In this document: piece after piece, positions 24,094-32,000 of the stretch
Numbering within the stretch: the first letter of the stretch is position 1
How the letters are laid out: each line of letters opens with the position of its first letter
Origin: an uncultured Opitutales bacterium
GTDB lineage: Bacteria > Verrucomicrobiota > Verrucomicrobiia > Opitutales > Intestinicryptomonadaceae
Reading direction: 5' to 3'
Assembly: GCA_934660865.1 (NCBI GenBank)
Contig: CAKUIA010000006.1
Span: 30,001 to 62,000, forward strand
DNA length: 32,000 nucleotides
Notes under the pieces: generated by a model
The model's database searches: none
Seen by the model: only the letters and a program-made list of their open reading frames with translations
What the model was told of the DNA's origin: nothing
Program-made: the position numbers and the translations under genes

Positions 24094-26676
24094 ATGAGCG
24101 TAAGAATATACGAATTGGCAAAGGAACTTAACGTTCCAAACAAAGAGCTTTTGGCATTTATACAAGAGCGCGTTAAGCAGTACGACAATTTGGTGGTAAA
24201 AACACCGTCGAGCGGCATTATGCCCATATACGCAGACATGATTAAGGCCGACTACCTAAAATTTAAGGCCGGCACACCCGAAAGCGCCCCAAAACAGGAG
24301 GCGCAAAAAGAGGAACCAAAGCAGCCCGAAGAACAAAACACGGCGGCAAACACGGCTAAAGAGGAAGAAAAACCCAATGCCCAGGAACCCGCAAAAGAGC
24401 AGCAACCAGAGCAGGCAAAGCCCGCTGTAGAGGCTACCCCCGCGGCAAACAAGCCCGCATTGGCCGTTCCTCCCAAACCCGCGGCAAAACCTGCTTTGGT
24501 TGTTCCCCCCGCGCCGAAAGCGGTTGTTGCAAACAAACCCGCCGTGGCTATTCCCCCAAAACCTGAGGTTGCAATTCCGCCAAAACCGGTTGCTGCCCAG
24601 CCTGCAGCAAAGCCCGCAGTTGCAGTTGCGCCTACGCCGAACAAACCCGCAAATCTTGTGCCGCCTATGGCAAAACCCGCAGCGCCAAGCAAACCCGCTT
24701 TGGCAGTTCCCCCTGTTTCGAGACCCGCTACGCTTGTGCCTCCAAACAGACCTGCAACTTTGGTTCCGCCTTCGAACAAACCCGCAAGCCTAGTGCCCCC
24801 AATAAAGGCAAGGCCGCAAACGGTTGTTCCCCCCTCGCCTTCGGCAAACAGGCCCGCGGCATTGTCGCCCAACGCGCAAAACCAGCAGCAGGCGGAAGCG
24901 CCCAAGAACAAAAACATTCAAATTAAGCCTCCGATAATTGTAAGAGACTTTGCAAAACTTATAGATTTAAAGCCTTTTAGGCTTATATCCGAACTTATGG
25001 ATATGGGCATTTTCGCCTCGATGAACCAAACTCTCGAAGAAAATGTAGCCCTTAAAATTGCAGAAAAGCACGGATACGTTTTAGACATAAAACACAGGGG
25101 CGAAAGCGCACAACCCAAAGTTAAGGTTGAAAAGCCCAAGTACGACGACCCGAAAGACTTGGTACCAAGGCCGCCCATTGTATGTATTTTAGGCCACGTT
25201 GACCACGGCAAAACAACGCTGCTCGACACCATCAGAAACACCAACGTAGTTGCGGGCGAAGCGGGCGGCATTACGCAGCACACCGCCGCCTATCAGGTGG
25301 AATGCAACGGCAAAAAGATAACATTTATCGACACTCCCGGCCACGCCGCATTCTCAAAGATGAGGGAAAGAGGCGCAAACGTAACCGACATTGCAATTCT
25401 TGTTGTTGCCGCCGACGACGGTTTTATGCCACAAACGGAAGAGGCGTTGGCATTTGCGCAAAAAGCGGGCGTTCCCGTAATTGTTGCGATAAACAAGATG
25501 GACGCAAAAGGCGCAAATATAGACAACGTAAAGCGCCAAATGCAGGCCCGCGGCATTTCGCCCGAAGACTGGGGCGGCGAAACTTTGTGCTGCCCGGTTT
25601 CGGCATTGAAGGGCACAAACATAAACGACTTGCTTGAGCTTGTGCTTTTGCAGGCCGAAATGATGGAGCTTAAGGCAAACCCGAAAAGACCCGTAGAGGG
25701 CACCATTATAGAAAGCCAAGTTGAACAAGGCAGGGGCGCAACCGCAACCGTTATTGTACGCCAGGGCACGCTTAAGGCGGGCGACACCATTTACTGCCTG
25801 GGCAACTACTGCCGCGTTCGCGCCCTTATAGACGACAAGGGCAAAAAGATGGACAAAGCCCTGCCCGGCACCCCCGCCCTTGTTATGGGCTGGACGGGCG
25901 CTCCCGAAGACGGCGAAACTTTCTACAAAGCCGAAAACGAAAAGAAGGCCAGAAGAATTACCGAGGAATATTTGGACGAAAAGAAAAAGCTTGAAAGCCA
26001 AAATCTTGCGCCCAAAGCCGCAAGCCTTGAAGACCTTATGGCGGCAATCGCCAACAAGAACAAAAAGGTATTTAAATGCGTCGTAAAAAGCGATGTAAGC
26101 GGCACGGTAGAAGCCCTTTGCGCATGCCTTAAAGACATTAAATCTACAAAGGTAGATATGGAAATCATAGGCTCGTCGGTTGGGCTTATAACCAAAAACG
26201 ACGTCGAAATGGCGGCAACTTCGCAGGCAAACATTGTGGCCTTCAACGTAAAGCCCGAAAACGGCGTTGTTGCCGAGGCAAAACATGCGGGGGTAACAAT
26301 TATAACCCACAATATCATCTACGAATTGCTAAACCAGGTTAAAGACGCAATGAAGAACTTGCTGGACCCCGAATTGCGCGAAAACAAGCTGGGTATGGCA
26401 CAGGTGCGCCAGGTGTTTACGGTTTCAAAATTCGGCAACATTGCGGGCTGTATGGTAACCGAAGGCGTTATGAAAAGGGACAAGCTTGCCAGAGTATTCC
26501 GCAAAGACAAAGAGCTTTGCAACGGCAGAATCGGCACGCTTAAGCGCTTTAAAGACGACGCTTCCGAAGTTAAGGCGGGCTACGAGTGCGGTATTAACGT
26601 TAACGGCTTCGACGACTACAAGGAAGGCGACTCGATTGAGTGCTACGAAATCGTCGAAATACGCCCCGACTTATAA
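24094..26676 (+). CDS. infB: Translation initiation factor IF-2
   Basis: Has the IF2_N motif ([12 protein letters not shown]), a long Pro/Ala linker, a GTPase domain ([21 protein letters not shown]) and C-terminal domains. Confidence 0.96.
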   Translation: MSVRIYELAKELNVPNKELLAFIQERVKQYDNLVVKTPSSGIMPIYADMIKADYLKFKAGTPESAPKQEAQKEEPKQPEEQNTAANTAKEEEKPNAQEPAKEQQPEQAKPAVEATPAANKPALAVPPKPAAKPALVVPPAPKAVVANKPAVAIPPKPEVAIPPKPVAAQPAAKPAVAVAPTPNKPANLVPPMAKPAAPSKPALAVPPVSRPATLVPPNRPATLVPPSNKPASLVPPIKARPQTVVPPSPSANRPAALSPNAQNQQQAEAPKNKNIQIKPPIIVRDFAKLIDLKPFRLISELMDMGIFASMNQTLEENVALKIAEKHGYVLDIKHRGESAQPKVKVEKPKYDDPKDLVPRPPIVCILGHVDHGKTTLLDTIRNTNVVAGEAGGITQHTAAYQVECNGKKITFIDTPGHAAFSKMRERGANVTDIAILVVAADDGFMPQTEEALAFAQKAGVPVIVAINKMDAKGANIDNVKRQMQARGISPEDWGGETLCCPVSALKGTNINDLLELVLLQAEMMELKANPKRPVEGTIIESQVEQGRGATATVIVRQGTLKAGDTIYCLGNYCRVRALIDDKGKKMDKALPGTPALVMGWTGAPEDGETFYKAENEKKARRITEEYLDEKKKLESQNLAPKAASLEDLMAAIANKNKKVFKCVVKSDVSGTVEALCACLKDIKSTKVDMEIIGSSVGLITKNDVEMAATSQANIVAFNVKPENGVVAEAKHAGVTIITHNIIYELLNQVKDAMKNLLDPELRENKLGMAQVRQVFTVSKFGNIAGCMVTEGVMKRDKLARVFRKDKELCNGRIGTLKRFKDDASEVKAGYECGINVNGFDDYKEGDSIECYEIVEIRPDL
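24445..24870 (+). repeat. In-frame degenerate tandem repeats encoding the IF-2 Pro/Ala-rich linker
   Basis: About a dozen units of the form (N)KPAxLVPP or KPxVAIPP. They are visible in the protein and as recurring AAACCCGC...GTNCCNCC strings in the DNA. Confidence 0.8.
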
Positions 26677-26697
26677 TCAAAAAACGGTTTTCAATAT

Positions 26698-27051
26698 ATG
26701 GGACAGCGTCAACTAAGGGTAAACGAGCTTGTGTTAAGGCAGCTTAGCGAAAGCCTCCACAAAAAATTCAGACAGGAAAGCGTTGCCATAACACTGCTCG
26801 AAGCCGACGTTTCGCCCGACTTAAAAAACGCGCAGATATACTATTCGGTTATAGGCAACAGAACCGATGTTGCGGCGGCCGCCCGCCTTTTGGCAAAGGC
26901 GAAAAACTTTTTAAGGTTCGAATTGGGGCGCAAGGTGATTTTAAAATACACCCCCGAACTTAATTTCGTATACGACCCGTCGCCCGACCGCAGCCAAAGG
27001 CTAATGCAAATTTTCGACGAAATCCAAAAAGAGGAAGATGGCAAACACTAG
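26698..27051 (+). CDS. rbfA: Ribosome-binding factor A
   Basis: RVNELVLRQLSE..., DVSPDLKNAQIYYS and ...TPELNFVYD are typical of RbfA. Its position after infB also fits. Confidence 0.9.
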   Translation: MGQRQLRVNELVLRQLSESLHKKFRQESVAITLLEADVSPDLKNAQIYYSVIGNRTDVAAAARLLAKAKNFLRFELGRKVILKYTPELNFVYDPSPDRSQRLMQIFDEIQKEEDGKH

Positions 27052-28021
27052 CTTTTTCGAGAATCTGCACGGCGAATTTTTGAATATACTAAACGCCGTA
27101 AAGGGCAAAAAAGTTGCGGTTTTCGGGCACATGCGCCCCGACGGCGACTGCATAGGCTCGCAAACTGCAATGTATTTGCTGCTTAAAAACTACGGAGTAA
27201 AAGACGTTGTTTGCGTAAATAAAGACCCGGTTCCTACAATCTGCAAAAAGTTTGCCGTTGCCGAATTTGTGCGCGCCGAAGATTTTAACGACGCCGACTA
27301 CGAAATTATTTGCGTAGACTGCGCCGACTTTGCCCGCACGTTGGAAAACGCCGAAAGGATTTTCAAAAAGCCGCTGGCCTGCATAGACCACCACATAACA
27401 AACAAAACCTACGCAACCTACAACGTAATAAACCCCAAAGCAGCCGCCACGGCCGAGCTTTTGGCGGGGATTATGTTCGGCTTAAACATAAAAATTTCGC
27501 CCGAGCAGGCAAGCGCCCTATATTTGGGGCTTGCAACCGACACCAGGCAGTTTACCACAAATTCTACAACCGCAACATCGCTTAAAATTGCGGGACTTTT
27601 GCTTGAAAACAAAGCCGACATAGCCTCGATTTCCATAGAGCTTTACCAGCGCGAAAAATTTGCAAAACAAAAGCTTTTGGCAAGATATTTGGAATCCATT
27701 AGGCTTTACGAAAACGGCAGAATTTGCGGCGGCACCATAACCTTGAACGACTACGCGCAAACGGGAGCAACAAAGGAAGACGCCGACGGCCTTGTAGATT
27801 TTGCAAGGGCCATAGACGGCGTGCAAATAGCCTTTGTTGTGGAAGAATTAAAAGACGCAGCCAAAGCCAGCCTTCGCTCGAAAAGCGAAAAATATGCAAT
27901 GAACGAAGTTGCCGGCTTTTTCGGCGGCGGCGGCCACGCGTGCGCCGCGGGCTGCAACGTTAAAATGAACACCCGCGAATTTACGGCAAAACTACTCGAA
28001 CAACTTGCAAAAAAACTCTGA
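27038..28021 (+). CDS. nrnA: DHH/DHHA1 phosphoesterase (NrnA-like oligoribonuclease / pAp phosphatase)
   Basis: HMRPDGDCIGS, DCAD, IDHHITN (DHH) and GGGGHACAAG (DHHA1) motifs. It overlaps rbfA by 14 nt. Confidence 0.8.
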   Translation: MANTSFFENLHGEFLNILNAVKGKKVAVFGHMRPDGDCIGSQTAMYLLLKNYGVKDVVCVNKDPVPTICKKFAVAEFVRAEDFNDADYEIICVDCADFARTLENAERIFKKPLACIDHHITNKTYATYNVINPKAAATAELLAGIMFGLNIKISPEQASALYLGLATDTRQFTTNSTTATSLKIAGLLLENKADIASISIELYQREKFAKQKLLARYLESIRLYENGRICGGTITLNDYAQTGATKEDADGLVDFARAIDGVQIAFVVEELKDAAKASLRSKSEKYAMNEVAGFFGGGGHACAAGCNVKMNTREFTAKLLEQLAKKL

Positions 28022-28027
28022 TATTGT

Positions 28028-28741
28028 ATGGATACTTACGAGGGAATTCTTCTTATAGACAAGCATAAAGACTGCACTTCGCACGACATTGTCGATATGG
28101 TGAGGCGCTGCTATAAAATGAAGTCGGTAGGGCACGCGGGCACTTTAGACCCCATGGCAACGGGGCTTTTGATTCTGCTTATAGGCAAGGCCACAAAAGT
28201 TTCGCAATATCTGATGAGCTCGGACAAAACCTACGAGGGCGAAATGACTTTGGGGTGCACTACCAACACACAAGACGCCGAGGGCGAAATTACCGCCCAA
28301 AACGAAGTTGCCGATTTTACCCAAGAGCATTTGCTGGAAAAAATGAAGTCTTTTTTGGGCGACCAGTACCAGACGCCCCCCATGTTTTCGGCAAAGAAAG
28401 TAAACGGCGTTCCGCTCTACAAAATGGCAAGAAAAGGCCAGGAGGTAAAACGCGAACCGCGCTTTATAAGAATTTCGAAATTCGAGCTGCTAAACTGGCA
28501 AAAACCCCTTTTGCAATTTAGGCTGGACTGCAGCAAGGGAACCTACGTAAGAACCATTGCAAACGACTTCGGACAGTCTTTGGGGTGCGGCGCAATGCTT
28601 AGCGCGCTAAGGCGCACAAAAAGCGGCTCGTTCGACGTTGTAAACGCAATTACAATAGAGGAACTGAAAACCCTGCCTCCATCGCAGCTACAAAAAAGGC
28701 TGATTCCCATAAGAGACGCCGTTCCAAGCTTTGCGCTGTAA
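28028..28741 (+). CDS. truB: tRNA pseudouridine-55 synthase TruB
   Basis: [17 protein letters not shown] and the catalytic [13 protein letters not shown] motif. Confidence 0.93.
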   Translation: MDTYEGILLIDKHKDCTSHDIVDMVRRCYKMKSVGHAGTLDPMATGLLILLIGKATKVSQYLMSSDKTYEGEMTLGCTTNTQDAEGEITAQNEVADFTQEHLLEKMKSFLGDQYQTPPMFSAKKVNGVPLYKMARKGQEVKREPRFIRISKFELLNWQKPLLQFRLDCSKGTYVRTIANDFGQSLGCGAMLSALRRTKSGSFDVVNAITIEELKTLPPSQLQKRLIPIRDAVPSFAL

Positions 28742-28744
28742 GAA

Positions 28745-29653
28745 ATGACTTTAAAAGCAAAAGGCGGCTCGGTTTTGGCCATAGGCGTTTTCGACGGCCT
28801 ACACAAGGGGCACATAAAACTGCTAAACACCGCAAAAAAACTTGCGGGCAAAAACGGTTTTGCCGTGATGACTTTTAACCCCCACCCCACTTTTGTGCTA
28901 AAGGGGCAAAAGCAAGCCTCAAAGCTTATTTTTTCGCCTCAAGAAAGGGTAAAAAAATTGCAGCTTTTTGGGGCAAACAAAATAAGGCTGCAAAAGTTCG
29001 ACAAGAATTTTGCGAATAAAAGCCCCGAAAGCTTCATAAGATTTTTAAAAAAGCTGCTGCCCGATTTAAAATATATTGTAGTGGGCGAAAATTTCCGCTT
29101 CGGCAAAAATGCAAGCGGCAACATAGACTGGCTAAAGGCCAACGCAGGGCGCTTCGGCATTGCTACCGTCGGCGTAAAAGGCGTTAAAATTGGCGGGCAG
29201 TTTGCAAGCGCAACGCGTTTGAGAGCCGCCCTGCAAAACGGCGACTTAAAAACCTTCGAAAAGCTTGCAAATGCGCGGTATGCCGCCTGCGGCGTGGTCG
29301 AAAAGGGCGCGCAGCTTGGCAGAACGTTGGGCTTTGCAACATTAAACATAAAACACGCGCCGCAATGTATGCCAAAATTCGGGGTATACATAACAAAAGT
29401 TTCGTCCATAAGGGGCAAAAAAGAATATTTTGCCGTGTCGAACTACGGGGTAAAGCCGTCGGTAGGGAAAGCGAAAAAACCTTTGATAGAAAGCCACATA
29501 TTGGGCAAAACAAGGCTCGGCTACGGCTCGGAAATCAGGGTTGAATTTGTAAAGTTTTTACGCGGCGAAAGAAAATTTAAAAACCTAAACGAGCTAAAAG
29601 ACGCCATTGCAAAAGATGTTTGCGCGGCGAAAAAATACTGGAAAATAAAATAG
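28745..29653 (+). CDS. ribF: Bifunctional riboflavin kinase / FMN adenylyltransferase
   Basis: N-terminal AIGVFDGLHKGH, NPHP, and a C-terminal riboflavin kinase region (GRTLGFATLN, ...ESHIL). Confidence 0.9.
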   Translation: MTLKAKGGSVLAIGVFDGLHKGHIKLLNTAKKLAGKNGFAVMTFNPHPTFVLKGQKQASKLIFSPQERVKKLQLFGANKIRLQKFDKNFANKSPESFIRFLKKLLPDLKYIVVGENFRFGKNASGNIDWLKANAGRFGIATVGVKGVKIGGQFASATRLRAALQNGDLKTFEKLANARYAACGVVEKGAQLGRTLGFATLNIKHAPQCMPKFGVYITKVSSIRGKKEYFAVSNYGVKPSVGKAKKPLIESHILGKTRLGYGSEIRVEFVKFLRGERKFKNLNELKDAIAKDVCAAKKYWKIK

Positions 29654-29675
29654 CTTTTTTTGCATTGCGCACCCG

Positions 29676-29713
29676 AAAAAAGGCGTTTCCCGTTTTGGGA
29701 AGCGCCCTTTTTT
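29676..29713. terminator. Bidirectional rho-independent terminator between convergent ribF and dnaJ
   Basis: GGCGTTTCCC (29682-29691) pairs with GGGAAGCGCC (29697-29706), including one G-U pair, around the loop GTTTT. An A6 run lies upstream and a T6 run downstream. Confidence 0.75.
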
Positions 29714-29734
29714 ATTTGCGGTTTTTTGCCCCGC

Positions 29735-30880
29735 TTAGAACATATTTTTAAACAGGCCGCCTTTGGGAACGTCGTCGCCGCAGGCCTTGGCAAATTCCTC
29801 CAAAGCTTTGCGCTGGGCCGAGGTAAGTTTTTTTGGAACTTCTACAACAACCTTAACGTATTGGTCGCCAATCTGCGAGCTGTTTAAAACGGGCATGCCC
29901 TGCTCTTTAATTCTAAACACCGTATCGGTTTGCGTACCCGCGGGTATATTAAGCATTGCCTTGCCCCTAACGGTTTTAACCTCTATTTTGCCGCCCATGC
30001 AAGCGAGCGTAAACTTTATTGGTATTTCGCAATACAAGTCGCTACCCTGCCTTTCAAAGAAGGAATCTTCGGCAACATGTATTACAATGTATAAGTCGCC
30101 GCAAGGCCCGCCGTCGGGGCCCGCGTTGCCTGCGCCCGTTTTTCTAAGGCGCGTGCCCGTGCCGACGCCTGCGGGAACTTTAATTTTTTCCTCTACACGC
30201 TCGCGCACCAAGCCCGTGCCGCCGCAGTCTTTGCAGGGCTTTTCTATAATCTTGCCCGTGCCGCCGCATTTGGGGCACGTTTGCGTAAAGCGCATAAAGC
30301 CGTTAGAAGATGTAACCTGCCCGCGGCCTTTGCATGTCGGGCACGTTTTCTTCTCGGACCCGGGTTCCGCACCCGTGCCGTTGCAGGTTTTGCAGTGCAC
30401 CAGCCTGTTGTACTTTACGGTTTTTTCCACGCCGCTAACGGCCTCCTGCAAAGTAATTTCCAAGTCGAAGCGCAAGTCGTCGCCCGCAACGGGCTCGTTA
30501 GACGCCCTGCCCGACGAAAACCCGCCGCCGAAAAACTGATCGAATATACCGCCGCCGCCCGAAGATGCGCCGCCGCCGAACATTTCCCTGAACAAATCGA
30601 AGGGATCTTGATACGCTCCGCCGCCGTGTGCGCCCGAAAAGCCGCCCATTGCACCCGAAGTGTAGGCTTCGTGGCCCATTCTGTCGTAGGCCGCGCGCTT
30701 GTCGTCGTCCGACAACACCTGATAGGCTTCGGAAACCTGTTTAAATTTTTCCTCGGCCTCCTTGTTGCCGGGATTTTTGTCGGGGTGGTATTTTATGGCA
30801 AGCTTGCGGTAGGCTTTTTTGATGTCTTGCGCAGTAGCGTCTTTTGCCACGCCCAAAATTTCGTAATAGTCCTGACTCAT
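29735..30880 (-). CDS. dnaJ: Molecular chaperone DnaJ
   Basis: J-domain (DYYEILGV...KYHPDKN), a Gly/Phe region, four CxxCxGxG zinc-finger repeats and C-terminal substrate-binding domains. Confidence 0.96.
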   Translation of the reverse strand: MSQDYYEILGVAKDATAQDIKKAYRKLAIKYHPDKNPGNKEAEEKFKQVSEAYQVLSDDDKRAAYDRMGHEAYTSGAMGGFSGAHGGGAYQDPFDLFREMFGGGASSGGGGIFDQFFGGGFSSGRASNEPVAGDDLRFDLEITLQEAVSGVEKTVKYNRLVHCKTCNGTGAEPGSEKKTCPTCKGRGQVTSSNGFMRFTQTCPKCGGTGKIIEKPCKDCGGTGLVRERVEEKIKVPAGVGTGTRLRKTGAGNAGPDGGPCGDLYIVIHVAEDSFFERQGSDLYCEIPIKFTLACMGGKIEVKTVRGKAMLNIPAGTQTDTVFRIKEQGMPVLNSSQIGDQYVKVVVEVPKKLTSAQRKALEEFAKACGDDVPKGGLFKNMF

Positions 30881-30883
30881 ATA

Positions 30884-31615
30884 TTATTTATTCTCCGCCT
30901 TTTTGCATACTACAACCGAGGCTGGCCTTATAAGCCTGTCGTCCAGTCTGTAGCCCAAACGCACAACGTTCACTATTTTGTTGGCCTCGTGCTTTTCGCT
31001 GTCTATGCACGAAACGGCCTCTTCAAACTTCGGGTCGAACTCGTCGCCCTCGTTGGGATTTATTTCAACAACGCCGTGCTTTTCGAAAATCTGTTTTATT
31101 TGTTTTGCAAGCATTTCAAAGCCCTGCGCCCATGTGGGCGACTCCAAATGCTTTCGGATATTGTCCATAGCCAATGCAAGATTGTCTAAAACGGGAATCA
31201 TATCCTCTACAAACGGTATTACCGCCGACTTTGCAAGCAAAGCCATATCCCTTTGCATTCTGCGCCTGTATGTGTCGAACGACGCAACTTCGCGTATGTA
31301 CAAATCCTTGTTTTTTGCGGCCTCGGCCATTGCAAGCTCCAAATTGGCAAGCAATTCGCCCTCGCGCTGTTTGCATTGGCAGTCGGCGCCATCTTTATGC
31401 TCTTTTTCGCCGTGGCGACATTCGTGCCCGTCGTGATGGTGGCCGTGGCAACATTCGCCGCCCTCTTCGTGTTTGCTATGGTTGCCGCAACAGCAATGCT
31501 CGGCTTGGTCGTGCGAAGCGTTTTCCGCGCCGCATTGCGCCGCGTTTTGCGTGTTTTGGTTGTCTTTGTCGAAGCCGTTTGCGACCCCGTTTTTATTGTT
31601 AAATTCTTCCGTCAT
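30884..31615 (-). CDS. grpE: Nucleotide exchange factor GrpE with a Cys/His-rich N-terminal extension
   Basis: GrpE core: a long helix (KDLYIREVASFDTYRRRMQRD), ...PVLDNLALA..., and a C-terminal beta domain (GYRLDDRLIRPASVVV). Its stop is 3 nt before the dnaJ start. The N-terminal 95 aa are unusual (see findings). Confidence 0.88.
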   Translation of the reverse strand: MTEEFNNKNGVANGFDKDNQNTQNAAQCGAENASHDQAEHCCCGNHSKHEEGGECCHGHHHDGHECRHGEKEHKDGADCQCKQREGELLANLELAMAEAAKNKDLYIREVASFDTYRRRMQRDMALLAKSAVIPFVEDMIPVLDNLALAMDNIRKHLESPTWAQGFEMLAKQIKQIFEKHGVVEINPNEGDEFDPKFEEAVSCIDSEKHEANKIVNVVRLGYRLDDRLIRPASVVVCKKAENK

Positions 31616-31670
31616 AAGGTGTGGTTATCGTCTAAAATACTCAAATTTAAAGAAAATTTTGTCAATATAT

Positions 31671-32000
31671 TTAATTTTCCAAATATTTTGCCGAAAGGCG
31701 CTGTATGGCAAGCCTGCAAATTTGCGACGACGGCGATATTTGCCTTGCCTGCAAATAGTTCATCAACGCACGCGGATACTCCCGCGCCTTTTCGGCCTTT
31801 TCGGCCGCGGCGACAAATTTTGCAAAGTCGGCAACACTGGGTGCAAGTTGGGCAATTCTGCGCGCCAAAACCGGATCGTTTGCGTCTATTTTCTTTGCGT
31901 TATCAAGAAGCTCCCACGCCAAATATTCGTTGTTTTGCGCCTCAAATTCTTTAGACTGCGCAATAATCATGTCTATTTTTGCGGTGTCGGCAACTATTTG
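31671..32000 (-). CDS. Hypothetical helical protein (5'-partial; the ORF stays open to the window edge)
   Basis: The track gives 99 aa from a Met at 31970, but the 30 nt upstream (QIVADTAKID) are in frame with no stop. The gene therefore probably starts beyond the window. The sequence is helical and TPR-like, and I recognise no family. Confidence 0.45.
   Translation of the reverse strand, partial: QIVADTAKIDMIIAQSKEFEAQNNEYLAWELLDNAKKIDANDPVLARRIAQLAPSVADFAKFVAAAEKAEKAREYPRALMNYLQARQISPSSQICRLAIQRLSAKYLEN

Noticed and set aside
24252-24917. A 221-aa Gly/Ala/Thr-rich repetitive ORF (GGTxxAGLF repeats) on the minus strand.
   Set aside because: It is the mirror image of the IF-2 KPAxLVPP repeat region, so its periodicity is inherited from the sense strand.
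1-32000. A whole-window look for CRISPR repeats, tRNA/rRNA/tmRNA, IS elements, integrases, phage genes, toxin-antitoxin pairs, and defence-system hallmarks (nucleases or ATPases of unknown function, reverse transcriptases, TIR/SIR2 domains and the like).
   Set aside because: I recognised none. Every intergenic gap is under 200 nt and is explained by promoters or terminators. All large ORFs have housekeeping or CAZyme identities.

Overview
This 32 kb window is dense (about 90% coding) and made almost entirely of bacterial core housekeeping genes from a diderm organism, since bamA is present. GC looks intermediate by eye; I did not compute it. The lineage cannot be fixed from this window. Secreted CAZymes, a Tat signal and weak Shine-Dalgarno usage fit a PVC-like or Fibrobacter-like gut or environmental bacterium, but that is a guess.

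Gene order:
- Minus strand: bamA, dnaB, rplI, ssb, rpsF, pth, rplY(ctc).
- Plus strand: mutS, uvrC, miaA.
- Minus strand: an exported 307-aa protein, parB, and a LysM/coiled-coil protein.
- Plus strand: prfB with its programmed +1 frameshift, then a membrane-anchored coiled-coil protein.
- Minus strand: an anti-sigma / ECF sigma pair.
- Plus strand: an unannotated 59-aa basic ORF, then rpmB.
- A small accessory glycan-degradation patch: a Tat-exported metallophosphoesterase coupled to a GH28-like enzyme, divergent from a sialate-O-acetylesterase-like SGNH enzyme plus a tiny 2-TM ORF.
- Plus strand: nusA, infB, rbfA, nrnA-like DHH, truB, ribF.
- Minus strand: dnaJ, grpE, and a partial ORF that runs off the window.

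I see no rRNA, tRNA, CRISPR array, transposase, integrase, phage gene or recognisable defence, toxin-antitoxin or secretion system. I therefore cannot honestly claim a clear new multi-gene system here.

The observations most worth a second look are:
1. An orphan parB co-transcribed between two exported proteins, with no parA.
2. A Cys/His-rich N-terminal extension on GrpE, in a grpE-dnaJ pair that lacks dnaK, hrcA and CIRCE.
3. An unannotated small, very basic ORF just upstream of rpmB.
4. A hairpin plus T8 in the nusA leader, and a strong terminator plus promoter separating nusA from infB.
5. The metallophosphoesterase-GH28 coupling.

All product calls rest on my recognition of conserved motifs in the supplied translations. 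No database search was run.
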